The position numbers and the translations under genes were made by a program. Below are positions 1 through 10,153 of a stretch of DNA of 64,000 nt, piece after piece; within the stretch, counting starts at the first letter, position 1; every line of letters begins with the position of its first letter. The stretch spans positions 328,835-392,834 of the forward strand of contig CAWCER010000009.1 of assembly GCA_963794595.1 (NCBI GenBank), given 5' to 3'. Source of the DNA: Bryobacterales bacterium (lineage in GTDB: Bacteria; Acidobacteriota; Terriglobia; Bryobacterales; Bryobacteraceae). The notes under the pieces are model-generated. The model worked only from the letters and a program-made list of their open reading frames with translations. It was not told the origin of the DNA and made no database searches.

Positions 1-249
1 GCACCGGTGAACATTCCAGTGAAGGTTCGCGACGACACCGGCACCCTAATCCTGAGCGACACGCTGAATCTCGCACCCAACGGGCATCTTGCCTTCACGC
101 TGGCGACCCAGAAGTATCCGGCCACCGCCAACATTCGCGGCACCATCGAGTTCGACACGCCCGCCGGCGCTCAGATCGGCGCGCTGGGGATTCGAATGCC
201 AACCGGCGCCGCGCACGCGTACACCACGCTTCCGGCGCTGGCGAAGTAA
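1..249 (+). CDS. C-terminal fragment (5' end outside window) of a secreted protein carrying the same uncharacterised C-terminal module as the 24857..27712 protein
   Basis: Open frame from base 1 to TAA at 247-249. The tail GTIEFDTPAGAQIGALGIRMP...TLPALAK aligns with GTLQFTTPPQGQIGVLGLRSNGNSFTTIPV and GTVEFSSAGAKISVLGIRANGNAFTSIPV in the 965-aa ORF. Confidence 0.6.
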   Translation, partial: APVNIPVKVRDDTGTLILSDTLNLAPNGHLAFTLATQKYPATANIRGTIEFDTPAGAQIGALGIRMPTGAAHAYTTLPALAK

Positions 250-281
250 CTTACGCTTGTCCCGCCGCGATGCCGGCAGCT

Positions 282-1463
282 CTAGCGCGAGCCCTTGTGC
301 GTTTCGCGCTGCACAGCGAGGCGGTACTGATAGGTCGTGCGCTGGCGGTCCAGCTCCGCAGCGCGCAGCTCCGCGAAACGGTCCGACGTGAGCGCACCTA
401 GGAAGTTCACCAGATCGTCAACCTCGCTCGCGGTCAGCCCGAGCGGCTTCATCTCGGCGTCGAGGAACGGATTTCGCTCCCCTCCTTTGTTGAAGAATTC
501 GATAACGTCCCACAGAGTCTCAAGGCTTCCGTCGTGCATGTAAGGCCCGGTCAGAAGCACGTCCCGCAGAAATGGTGTCTTAAAGCCGCCGATATCTTCC
601 CTATTTTTCGTAACTAGAAAACGGCCCAGATCCGAGTAGTCCGTCTCCAGCGCCAGCTTGTCGATCTCCGCCTTGTTGCCGTTCGCGGCGCTCTCTGCGG
701 CGCGCTTGGACAGCTGATTGAAATCCTTTTTGCCGGCGGCGACTCCAGTATTGTGAAAGCGGTTATCGCCAAAGAGCGGAAGCGCTGGATCGTACGTGTG
801 GCAGTTTCCGCAGCGCGCCTTGCCCGTGAACAGATCCCATCCGCGGCGCTGCGAGGCGTTCAGAGCTTTCTTGTCGCCGTGTAGAAAACGGTCGAAAGGC
901 GCCTCGCTGGAAAGCCGGGTCCGCTCGAAAGCGGCAAGGGCCTTGCCCATGTCCTCCCAGTTCGGGGGGCGGCCGAACACCTTCTGGAACGCCTCGACAA
1001 ACTCCGGAATTGCAGCCAGCTTCGCCACCACGTCTTTCGGGTCCTTCTGGCCCATTTCAACGGGGTTCAGAATCGGCACGGTGGCCTGCTCTTCGAGGGT
1101 CGCAGCCCGCCCGTCCCAGAACATCGACTTATAAAACATCGCATTCAGAATCGAAGGAGCGTTGCGCTTCCCTATCTGATCGCGAACGCCGCGCGAGGTT
1201 TTGGTGTGGGTGGTGAAACCGTTGCGGGGCGAATGGCAGGTATTGCAGGCCACGGAGTTATCGGCCGAGACGCGTTTCTCGTCGAAGATCATGTCGCCCA
1301 GTTTGGCCTTTGCATCCGTTATCGGGTTATCCGATGGCGTGAACGACCGAATCACATCCGCGGAAAAAAGAGGGACCGGCGCCGCGCCCGGGACCGGCTG
1401 CTGCGCGGGTACGGAGACCGCCGCGGCCAGGAAGACCAGTAAGGAGATCGCTATACGATTCAT
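282..1463 (-). CDS. di-haem cytochrome c peroxidase (CCP/MauG family), secreted
   Basis: 393-aa intact ORF with an N-terminal signal peptide. Two CxxCH haem motifs (CNTCH, CGNCH). FWDGRA and GPYMHDGS blocks typical of bacterial CCP. Confidence 0.9.
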   Translation of the reverse strand: MNRIAISLLVFLAAAVSVPAQQPVPGAAPVPLFSADVIRSFTPSDNPITDAKAKLGDMIFDEKRVSADNSVACNTCHSPRNGFTTHTKTSRGVRDQIGKRNAPSILNAMFYKSMFWDGRAATLEEQATVPILNPVEMGQKDPKDVVAKLAAIPEFVEAFQKVFGRPPNWEDMGKALAAFERTRLSSEAPFDRFLHGDKKALNASQRRGWDLFTGKARCGNCHTYDPALPLFGDNRFHNTGVAAGKKDFNQLSKRAAESAANGNKAEIDKLALETDYSDLGRFLVTKNREDIGGFKTPFLRDVLLTGPYMHDGSLETLWDVIEFFNKGGERNPFLDAEMKPLGLTASEVDDLVNFLGALTSDRFAELRAAELDRQRTTYQYRLAVQRETHKGSR

Positions 1464-1729
1464 GTTGTCTCCAATGATCGTAATAAGGATCTTACCAGAG
1501 GCCGTAAAGACAAGTAAGCGGGCGGCCGGTCAGCAGTGAGATCCCGCTTGCCGCCCAAGATTACATCGCTACGCTTCCCCAAACTAGCCGCCGGATTCAA
1601 TTTTCAGAGTGCTGTACTTCCCCGTTAAAAGCGGGCCTCCCGGCGCCGCGATTGCGACTCGCGCTTTCCGCCGAAAGTACACCATCGCTTGGCATTCCTC
1701 ATAGCAGGTCGCCAAGTCCGGGAAAGGGA

Positions 1730-3377
1730 TTATTTCAGTGCAAACGTGAATAGCGAACTGCCCGCGGCGAAGGCCACGTACTGTTTACCGTTCACCTCAT
1801 ACGTCATGGGACCCATGGCGATTTCGCCGCCGGCAGCCACCTTCCACAGCAACTTGCCGGTGCGTGCGTCGAGCGCGTGGAAGTAACCTTGGCGTCCGCC
1901 GGTGAAGAGAACGTCGGTGGCGGTGGTCAGGATGCCGCTGGCGGTGACATCCGGCATCGGAAATTCCCATTTGAGTTCGCCGGTTTTGGGGTCGAGCGCG
2001 CGAACCACTCCGAAGCCGTCCGCCGGGTCCACCTTAGTCACTTGCGGGCCGCGGGTTCCGCCGCGGGTAGGCTGCACGCCGCCGCCGGAGAAGCGCTTCC
2101 CTTCCTCATAGGGGGCGTCGACTTTCTGGAATTGCCCGTGCACGTGCTCCCAGGCGGAAACGTAGAACAATCCGGTGCGCGGGCTGAAGGACGGCGAATA
2201 CCAGTTGGTGCCGCCGGTCTGGCTCGGATAAATGTCGGTGCCGGCTTCGGTGGGTTCGACGGTGTTGATGCGCATGGGGCGGCCGGATTCGTCGAGTCCT
2301 GTCGACCAGGTCACTTTCACGAACGGTTTGCCTAGAAGGAACTTGCCGGTGGTGCGGTCGAGCGCGTAGAAGTAGCCGTTGCGGTTGGCCCACAGCATGA
2401 CTTTGCGCGATCCCGCGGGGGCTGCGGCGCCCGGCCACTGGATGTCGGCGAGCACCGGCACTTGGACGGCGTCGTAATCGAAATCGTCATGCGGAGTGAA
2501 CTGGAAATACCATTTGAGCTTGCCGGTATCGGCGTCGAGCGCGACGACGCAATCGCTATAGAGGTTGTCGCCGCCGCGGTGGTCGCCATTCCAATCGGGA
2601 CCGGGATTGCCGATGCCCCAGTAGGTGAGATTGAGATCGGGATCGTAGGAGCCGGTGACCCATACGGAGGAGCCACCGGTTTTCCAGGAATCGCCGGCCC
2701 AGGTTTCGTTGCCGGGCTCGCCCTTGCCGGGGATGGTGTAGAAGCGCCAGGCTTCCTTGCCGGTGGAGGCGTTGAAGGCGGCGATGAAACCGCGGATGCC
2801 GAACTCGCCGCCGGCGACGCCCATGATGACCTTGTCTTTGACGATCAACGGGGCGTGCGTCAGGGCGTAACCGGAAGTGGCTTTGGCGACTTCGGTGTCC
2901 CACAAGAGCTTGCCGTCGTGGGCGTCGAGCGCGATGAGGTGGGCGTCGATGGTACCCATGTAAAGCGTGTTGCCGAGGATGGCGAGGCCGCGGTTGATGC
3001 GTCCGCAGCAGGGGCGCGCGTCGCGGGAAACCGAGTAGGAGTAGAGCCACTTGATCTCGCCGGTGGCGGCGTCGAGCGCGACCACGTCGTTCGGCGCCTG
3101 GGTGACGTACATCATGCCGTCGACGACCAGCGGCGTGGATTCAAACTTTTCGGTGCTGCGCGCCTGGAAGGCCCACTGCATGGTGAGGTTGCTCACGTTG
3201 TCGGGAGTGATCTGCGTTGAGGGGGCTGTAGCGCTGGCCCAGCGTGGTGCCGGAATAGGTGAGCCAGTTTTGCGGCTCCTTATCGGCGTGGAGAATGCGG
3301 TCGAAAGTAACTTGTGCATCGAGGGCGGAAACAGTTAGCAGGACAAGCGCAGCGCGAGCAAACATGTGTGGTTGCAA
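1730..3377 (-). pseudogene. PQQ-dependent dehydrogenase (quinoprotein alcohol/ethanol dehydrogenase family), interrupted by one frameshift
   Basis: The N-terminal ORF 3141..3377 gives signal peptide + VTFDRILHADKEPQNWLTYSGTTLGQRYSPL. ORF 1730..3319 continues TQITPDNVSNLTMQWAF... with beta-propeller W-repeats and the vicinal Cys pair (RPCCG). The frames join near 3217, where one extra base in ctcAacg breaks YSPL-TQITP. Confidence 0.85.
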
Positions 3378-3452
3378 TTCCCTTCCCGTTCATAATAGCG
3401 CCGTTGGAACGGCTTTCGCGGATGCGCCTATTGTAGAATTGAAACTCCGTCC

Positions 3453-3969
3453 ATGAATCATCTCAAAGGTCTGATCCGCGAGGTGCCGGATTTCCCCAAG
3501 CCCGGCATCCTGTTCTATGACATCACCACGCTGTTGAAGGATGCGAAGGGGTTGAAGTCCGTCATCGACGGGCTGAGCGACGGCTACCACGGCCAAGGGA
3601 TCGATACCGTGATCGGGATCGAAGCCCGCGGCTTCATCTTTGCGCCGGCGGTCGCTTACGCGCTGGGCGCGGGGTTCGTTCCGGTGCGCAAGCCCGGAAA
3701 ACTTCCGGCTGCGGCGGAGCGGGTCGAATATCAACTGGAGTATGGCACCGACGTCCTGGAGGTGCATCGCGATGCGGTCGCACATCGGGAATCGGGTGCT
3801 GATCGTCGACGATGTGCTGGCGACCGGGGGCACGGCGGCGGCTGTGGTGAAGCTGGTTCGGCAGCTCAAGGGCGAGGTGGTGGGTCTGCAGTTCGTGATT
3901 GAGCTGGACTTCCTGAAGGGCCGCGAAAAATTGCCGGGGTTGGACGTGCAGGCGCTGGTGCATTACTAG
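3453..3969 (+). pseudogene. apt: adenine phosphoribosyltransferase, interrupted by one frameshift
   Basis: ORF 3453.. gives [15 protein letters not shown]...GIEARGFIF...[10 protein letters not shown]...[14 protein letters not shown]. Frame +1 (ORF 3640..3969) continues [17 protein letters not shown] (PRPP-binding motif). The junction is near 3785. Confidence 0.9.
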
Positions 3970-3971
3970 GG

Positions 3972-4958
3972 ATGACGCGGCGGGTGCGGCTGCGGTCATT
4001 GGCGAAGGTCAACCTGGATCTGCGGGTGCTCCACAAGCGCGCCGACGGATTTCACGAGTTGCGAACCGTTTTCCAGACGATTTCGTTGGCCGATACGATC
4101 GCGATCGAATATGAACCGGCGCGGCGGACGGTGCTGGAACTCGACGACCCACTGGTCATTCCCGACAATTTGATTCTGCGAGCGGCGCGGGCCGCGCTGG
4201 ATGCCATGAAGGTGCACGCGCGGGTCCGCTTTCGGCTTCAGAAGCGGATTCCAATGGGCGGCGGTCTGGGCGGCGGATCGAGCAACGCGGCGGCGGTGCT
4301 GCTGGCGTTGCCGGTGCTGGCCGGGCGCCGGATTCCGTTCGATCGGCTGCTGGAACTGGGCGCGGAACTGGGCAGCGACGTGCCGTTCTTTCTGACCGGC
4401 GGCACGGCGGTGGCGATCGGGCGCGGGACGGAGTTTTACGGTTTGCCGGATGTCGCTGCGGAGCCGATGCTGGTGGTTGCGCCCGGCATTCACGTTGCGA
4501 CGGGACCGGCTTATGCGGCGCTCGGCCGAGGTTTGACTTCACCTGATTTGTCACGTAAAATTAATGATTTCCGGCTCTTTGTGCGGACGCTTGGCGACAT
4601 GCGTTCGGCGAGGGCGGCGAGTACGCTCAGCGCGAACGACTTCGAGTCTGCCGTTTTCAGTCAGCAACCCTAGCTCAAAAAGATGTGGGGCCGATTGCGG
4701 AAACACGCGGCGGGAGCACGGATGACGGGAAGCGGGTCGGCGTTATTCGCTGTTTTCGGGTCGAAGGCCGAGCGCGATCTCGCGGCAAAGACTTTGGAGG
4801 GGGACAGGGTGTTCGAGGACTGCCGCGTGATTCCGGCCAGCCTGGTGAGCGGCAGCAGCTACCGGCGGCTGTGGCGCAGGCAATTGGCGGAACACATTGA
4901 GCAACCCCGGTCTGAAAAAGAGTTAACATGGCCGCCCCAAAGCCGGTACGCCGCATGA
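3972..4958 (+). pseudogene. ispE: 4-diphosphocytidyl-2-C-methyl-D-erythritol kinase with an in-frame TAG
   Basis: KVNLDLRVL..R.DGFHEL and PMGGGLGGGSSNAAAVL (GHMP kinase motif). ORFs 3972..4673 and 4683..4958 share one frame and are separated only by TAG at 4671-4673 (..FSQQP*LKKMWGRL..ARMTGSGSALFAVF). Confidence 0.9.
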
Positions 4959-5898
4959 GGTTTAATCACTTCAAAGTGTTCTCGGGCAACGCGAATCCCG
5001 CCCTGGCGGCGGAGATCTGCTATGAGCTGGGATGCCAGCTGGCGGCGGTGAACGTCAAGCAGTTTTCAGACGGCGAAGTGCACCTGCAGATCCAGGAAAA
5101 TGTGCGCGGGGCCGATGTTTTCGTGGTCCAGCCGACCTGCCGCCGGTCGACCGGCACCTGATGGAATTGCTGCTGATGATGGATGCGCTGAAGCGGGCTT
5201 CAGCAGAGCGCATCACCGCAGTGTTACCCTATTATGGGTATGCTCGGCAGGATCGTAAGGATCGGCCGCGTATGCCGATTTCGGCGCGTCTGGTGGCTAG
5301 TCTGCTGGAGCGCGCCGGAGCCAACCGCATTCTGGCGCTGGATTTACACGCGGCGCAGATTCAGGGTTTTTTCGATGTCCCGGTGGACCATTTGTTTGCG
5401 GCTCCGGTGATGATCGATTACTTCGAGGAGATGCGGGGCGAGAGTTTGACCGTGGTTTCGCCGGATGCGGGCGGCGTGGAGCGGGCGCGGGCGTTCGCCA
5501 AGCGATTAGGCTCGCCGCTGGCGATTATCGATAAGCGGCGTACGGAAGTGAATGTCGCCGAGGTGATGCATATCATCGGCGATGTGGAAGGACAGCATTG
5601 CCTGATCGTGGACGATTTGATCGACACGGCGGGGACGCTGGTGAAGGCGGCCGAGGCGCTGCTGAAGCAGGGCGCGCGTTCGGTGCGGGCCTGTGCGACG
5701 CACGCGGTGCTGTCGGGCCCGGCGGTGGAGCGGATTGAGAATTCGGAGCTGGAAGAAGTGATCGTGACCAACTCGATTCCTTTGCCGGATCAGGCGGACA
5801 ACTGCAAGCGGATCAAGCCGCTTTCGGTGGCTCCGCTGCTGGCGAAGGCGATTCAGTCGATCCACGAAGACGGTTCGGTAAGCACGTTATTTGTTTAG
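4955..5898 (+). pseudogene. prs: ribose-phosphate pyrophosphokinase, interrupted by one frameshift
   Basis: MRFNHFKVFSGNANPALAAEI...[26 protein letters not shown], then frame +1 gives [22 protein letters not shown]...[10 protein letters not shown]...[12 protein letters not shown]. The junction is near 5145: observed tgccgccggtc, where tgc-ccg-ccg-gtc would restore the frame (one C missing). The ATG overlaps the ispE stop (ATGA). Confidence 0.9.
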
Positions 5899-5914
5899 GT
5901 CGAAGGGAAAGGCG

Positions 5915-6623
5915 ATGAGAAAAGAAATTACGATTGTGGCCGAGCAGCGCACACTGCGCGGGAAGAATGAAGCGCGGCGGCTGCGGGCCAGCGGTTCGGC
6001 GCCGGCGGTGCTGTACGGCGGCGGGCGGCGACGCGGTGGCGGTGGCGGTAAAGCCCAAAGAGATCAACCGGATCCTGCACAGCAAGACCGGGCACAACAC
6101 GATTTTCGATCTTGCGGTGGCGGGCGGCGAGACCACGCCGGTGATGATCGTCGACTGGCAGAACGATCCCATCAAGGAATACCTGCTGCACGTGGATCTC
6201 AAGCGCATCGATCTGAACGCGCGCATTCGCGTCAAGGTTCCGGTGCACACCGCGGGCGATCCCAAGGGCGTGAAGCTGCAGGGCGGATTGCACGAGCTGA
6301 TCACCCGCGAAATTGAAATCGAGTGCCTGCCGGACGAGATTCCGGAAGAGTTCACGGTGGACGTCAGCGAACTGATGATCGGCCAGAGCATCCGCGCGGG
6401 CGATATCCCGCTGGTGGGATCGACCAAGCTGTTGAGCCCTGCCGACTCGGTGATTTCGCACGTGATCACGATCAAGGTCGAAGCCGAGCCGGTGGCGGCG
6501 GAAGGCGCAGCGCCGGCAGCAGCGGCGGAGCCTGAAGTGATCAAGAAGGGCAAGAAGGAAGAGGAAGCCGCGGCACCAGACGAGAAGAAGAAGCCGGCCG
6601 CCGAAGACAAGAAGAAGAAGTAG
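5915..6623 (+). pseudogene. rplY: 50S ribosomal protein L25/general stress protein Ctc with Lys/Glu-rich tail, interrupted by one frameshift
   Basis: MRKEITIVAEQRTLRGKNEARRLRASGSAPAVLYGGG, then the other frame gives GDAVAVAVKPKEINRILHSKTGHNTIFDL...HVDLKRIDL. The junction is near 6025 in a GC run. Confidence 0.9.
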
Positions 6624-6653
6624 CCGCCTGGTAATTGGCGGAGCGCGGAACCG

Positions 6654-7278
6654 ATGCCCGACGAGATCGAGTTTCTGGTGGTTGGTCTGGGCAATCCCGG
6701 GGCGGAATATGAAAATACGCCGCATAACCTGGGCTTCCGCGTGATCGACCGGCTCGCGGCGGAAAATGCCATCCGCGTTACCCGCAAAGAGAACTTCTCG
6801 CTGGTGGGGCTGGGGACGATTCGCGGAAAACGCGTGGCGCTGGCACAGCCGCAGACGTTCATGAATCTGAGTGGCCCGGCGGTGAAGGGGCTGCTCGAAC
6901 GGTACGGCTTAGAGCCGGACCGTTTGTTGTTGGTGTACGACGAGCTCGCGCTTCCGTGGCAGGAGCTGCGCATCCGGCCGAAAGGTTCGGACGCGGGGCA
7001 CAACGGGAGTGAAGAGCGTGATCGGCAGTCTGGGCACGCAGGAATTCCCGCGGGTCCGGCTAGGGATTCGCCCCGTGGATGAAACCGGGGCCGCCATCCC
7101 GATCGGGGATGGAGCAAGTTTCGTGCTCGCGCCGTTCCGGCGGGCGCGGATGAAGGAAGTGGAAGAGGTGGTCGGGCGAGGAGCCGCGGCTGTCGAATCC
7201 ATAATCGCTGAGGGCGTCGAAAAGTCCATGGCGGTTTTTAACCGTCGCGCCGGAGGCTTAAATACAGAGGAAGAATGA
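6654..7278 (+). pseudogene. pth: peptidyl-tRNA hydrolase, interrupted by one frameshift
   Basis: FLVVGLGNPGAEYENTPHNLGF...QTFMNLSG...PKGSDAGHNG, then the other frame gives (V)KSVIGSLGTQEFPRVRLGI. The lesion is one extra A at about 7008 (cac aac ggg A gtg aag). Confidence 0.9.
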
Positions 7279-7838
7279 GAGTCTACGAAGAGTTGTTTAT
7301 CTTGAAACCCGACACCGTCGAAGAAGAAGTCGACGGATTCGTCGAACAGATCAAGCATGTGATCACCAACGGCAAGGGAACCATCGATAAGACCGACAAG
7401 TGGGGCGTGCGCAAGCTGGCCTATCGCGTGCAAAAGTACAACGAAGGTTTGTACGTGCTGATTCAGTTCAGCTCCACGCCGGATCTGGTGAAGGAAGTCG
7501 AGCGCCGTTTGCGGGTAGCCGACACGGTGATCAAGTTCATCACCGTGCGCATCGACGAGAAGCAGAAGAAGATCGACAAGCGCAAGAAGGCTCGCGATAA
7601 GCGCGCCGCGCGCAGGCCGCGCTCCGGCGCCGATGGCATCGCCCGCCATTCCAGCGGCAGCAGCTCCGCGATGCCGGCACTGCCGGCTGAACCGCAGCGC
7701 ATGCCGGTCAGCCGACCGGCGCGCCGCCGGTGGCAGCGGCCGAATCCACTGAGGGCAAGGAGTAAATCATGGCAGAAACCAGAGGCGGAAGACCCATCAG
7801 CGGTTCCTCACGTCCCACCGGCGGCGACAAAGCCGTGA
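7275..7838 (+). CDS. rpsF: 30S ribosomal protein S6; the Ala/Pro-rich C-terminal tail probably has frame errors, with the true stop likely at 7763-7765
   Basis: [13 protein letters not shown]...[25 protein letters not shown], classic S6. The listed ORF runs 70 nt into rpsR. An alternative frame ends ..AAESTEGKE* at 7765, just before the rpsR SD/ATG. The ATG overlaps the pth stop (ATGA). Confidence 0.85.
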   Translation: MRVYEELFILKPDTVEEEVDGFVEQIKHVITNGKGTIDKTDKWGVRKLAYRVQKYNEGLYVLIQFSSTPDLVKEVERRLRVADTVIKFITVRIDEKQKKIDKRKKARDKRAARRPRSGADGIARHSSGSSSAMPALPAEPQRMPVSRPARRRWQRPNPLRARSKSWQKPEAEDPSAVPHVPPAATKP

Positions 7839-8068
7839 TGGGCAAGAAGCAATATTTCCGGCGCAAAAAGATGTGCCGGTTCTGCGTCGATAAAATCGAC
7901 GATATCAATTACAAGGACGTGCGCCTGCTGCACTCCTTCATTTCCGAGCGCGGCAAGATCACGCCCCGGCGCATTTCGGGAGTCTGCGCCCCGCATCAGC
8001 GGCGGCTGGCGGAAGCCATCAAGCAGGCGCGCAACATCGTGCTGATCCCGTTTGCGACGTCGATGTAA
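7769..8068 (+). CDS. rpsR: 30S ribosomal protein S18
   Basis: [63 protein letters not shown] lies 7 nt upstream of the ATG. Confidence 0.9.
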   Translation: MAETRGGRPISGSSRPTGGDKAVMGKKQYFRRKKMCRFCVDKIDDINYKDVRLLHSFISERGKITPRRISGVCAPHQRRLAEAIKQARNIVLIPFATSM

Positions 8069-8079
8069 AGGAACCCGAT

Positions 8080-8526
8080 ATGGAAGTCATTCTAAGAGAA
8101 GAAATCGAAAAGCTCGGCCGGCGCGGCGATGTGGTGAAGGTCGCGGCCGGCTACGCGCGCAATTTTCTGCTGCCCAAGCGGCTGGCGGTGGCGGCTAACG
8201 AATCCAACAAGAAGATCGTGGAGCAGGAAAAGCAAGCCTACCTGCGGCGCGAATCGAAGGAAATCGGCGACGCCAACGATCTGGCCAAGCTGATGGCGAC
8301 GGTGGAAGTGACCATCGCGCAGAAGGCCGGCGAAAACGATCAGTTGTTCGGTTCGGTGACGGCGCAGGATATCGTTGCGGCGCTGGAAAAGGCCGGGTAT
8401 ACGATCGATCGCAAGAAAGTGAATCTGGCGGAGCCGATCAAGGCGCTCGGCGACTACAAGGTGACCGTGAAGCTGCACCGCGAGGTAGCGGTGGAGCTGC
8501 CGGTGCACGTGATCAAGGAAGAATAG
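8080..8526 (+). CDS. rplI: 50S ribosomal protein L9
   Basis: MEVILREEIEKLGRRGDVVKVAAGYARNFLLPKRLAV, canonical L9 N-terminus; 148 aa. Confidence 0.95.
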   Translation: MEVILREEIEKLGRRGDVVKVAAGYARNFLLPKRLAVAANESNKKIVEQEKQAYLRRESKEIGDANDLAKLMATVEVTIAQKAGENDQLFGSVTAQDIVAALEKAGYTIDRKKVNLAEPIKALGDYKVTVKLHREVAVELPVHVIKEE

Positions 8527-10132
8527 TGGGCGCGGTACGCCCGGACATGGGCCAGAGGCCCGTCCGTACGAATTACTGGAAGCGGCGGCACGCGGACGCA
8601 TTGGCGTCGACCGCCGCTTTCTTCATTTCGTCATCGATCACGGTGCTCCGAAAGAAACCGCCGCCGAAATCCTGCGTTTCTCCCGTTCGCCGCAGGACCA
8701 GTTCCCGATTAATGTCGATCCGCTGCTCACCGATCTGTTCCGGTATTTCGGAACCGAGGAAGCGCTGGAATTCTATGTCGACGCGATCCGGCGCGCGCCG
8801 GAAGATGTCGATGACAGCCTGATCCAGGCGCTGCTGCCGTTTGCCGAGAAGGCCGCCGGTCCACTGCTCGCCCTTTACGAAGAGCTGGGCGAGGAGCAGG
8901 GATCGGATGTGGCGTTTCTGCTCGCCGCGCTGCGGGTGCGCGATCCGCGGGTGCTGAAGTTGCTGCTCGATCGCCTGGAATACGATGCCGCCGATGGCGC
9001 GTTCTGTCTGGGACTATACGGAGACTCGGCGGCGCAGCCTGCCCTCGAAAAGATGCAGGCGGAGGTGCCGGAGTCGGAAGCCGATTTGCGGCGCGAGATC
9101 GACTACGCGTTGGAGCAACTGAAGGCGCCTGAACCCAAGTATCAGCCCGAGCCGTTCGACCTATTCGCCGAATACCCAGAGCGCGAGCTGCCGCCGTTTG
9201 AGGTGCTCGACGAGTCCGAGCGCCTCGAAATGCTGATATCGCCCGACGCGGATGTGCGGGCTGGCGCCGCGCACACGTTTTTCAACCAAGACCTCGACAA
9301 GCCCACGCGCGACGCTCTTTTCGCGGTGGCCACTGCGGATCCGCGATGCCGTCGTTCGCGGTGCAGCCTGGGCCTCGCTGGGCGATGCGACCGCGGGCGA
9401 CACCAAGGAAACGGCGCGCATCCGCGACGCCATGATCGCCACCCTGAACGACGAATCCAAATCCATCGAAGAGCGCGGCGGCGCGGCCATCGGTCTCTAT
9501 GCGGTGGCGGACCGGGATGATGTTCGCAAGGGCCTCGAAGGCTTGTACGCGGCGGGCGGCAAGGCGCGTATCAAGGCGCTGGAGGCGATGTGGCGCTCGC
9601 TATGGCAACCTTACGCCAGAGTACTTTCCTGAGCATCTGGACGACACCAAGCCGGAAAGCAAAGACGTCGAACTGCTGCGTCAGGCTCTGCGCGGCGCAG
9701 GTTATTTCCGCCTGACGCGCTACGTCGACAAGATCGCCAGCTTCTTCAATCGCGCCGAGCCGTACGACGACCTGCGCGACGATGCGTTGTTCGCTTACGC
9801 ACTGGCGATGCCGGGCGAGACCACGCGCGGGCGCGTCAAGGGCATGCTGCGCAAGATCGATTCCATCGCTAACCTGTCGCAATCCGAGACGGAGCTGGTG
9901 ATGTTTGCGCTCGACGAACGATTGCGGCTTGCATGGACTGGCTCCCGTGTTCGAAGCCGAGCAAGCCGATGAGCCCGATCATGAGCACGATGCCGCTCCT
10001 CCCAGCCCCGGGCCGGAGCCTCCCGCTGCGGCGCTCTATTCGCAGATGCCGGCGCAGAAGACCGGACGCAACGATCCGTGCCCCTGCGGCAGCGGCAAGA
10101 AATACAAGAAGTGCCACGGGGTTGTGCAATAG
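8526..10132 (+). pseudogene. HEAT-like repeat protein with C-terminal SEC-C zinc-binding motif, interrupted by at least 4 frameshifts
   Basis: Coherent peptide segments lie in alternating frames. They run ELLEAAARGRIGVD...ALFAVATADP | DAVVRGAAWASLGD...ALEAMW | YGNLTPEYFPEHLDD...ALDERLRLA | [10 protein letters not shown]...[21 protein letters not shown]. Junctions are near 8565, 9343, 9596 and 9931. The start (GTG 8526 or ATG 8547) is uncertain. Confidence 0.6.
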
Positions 10133-10153
10133 CTCGCGCGAAAGCTGCGTAGA

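Noticed and set aside
4671-4673. TAG in ispE as pyrrolysine or a suppressed amber codon
   Set aside because: No pyl genes or PYLIS-like context are in view. The taxon is not known for Pyl, and the neighbouring genes carry ordinary lesions. A point error or mutation is far more likely.
5813-7117. 434-aa minus-strand ORF spanning rplY and pth
   Set aside because: It is antisense to two well-supported conserved genes. Its composition is Ser/Arg/Pro/Ala-rich with no motifs. It is a typical shadow ORF of GC-rich DNA.
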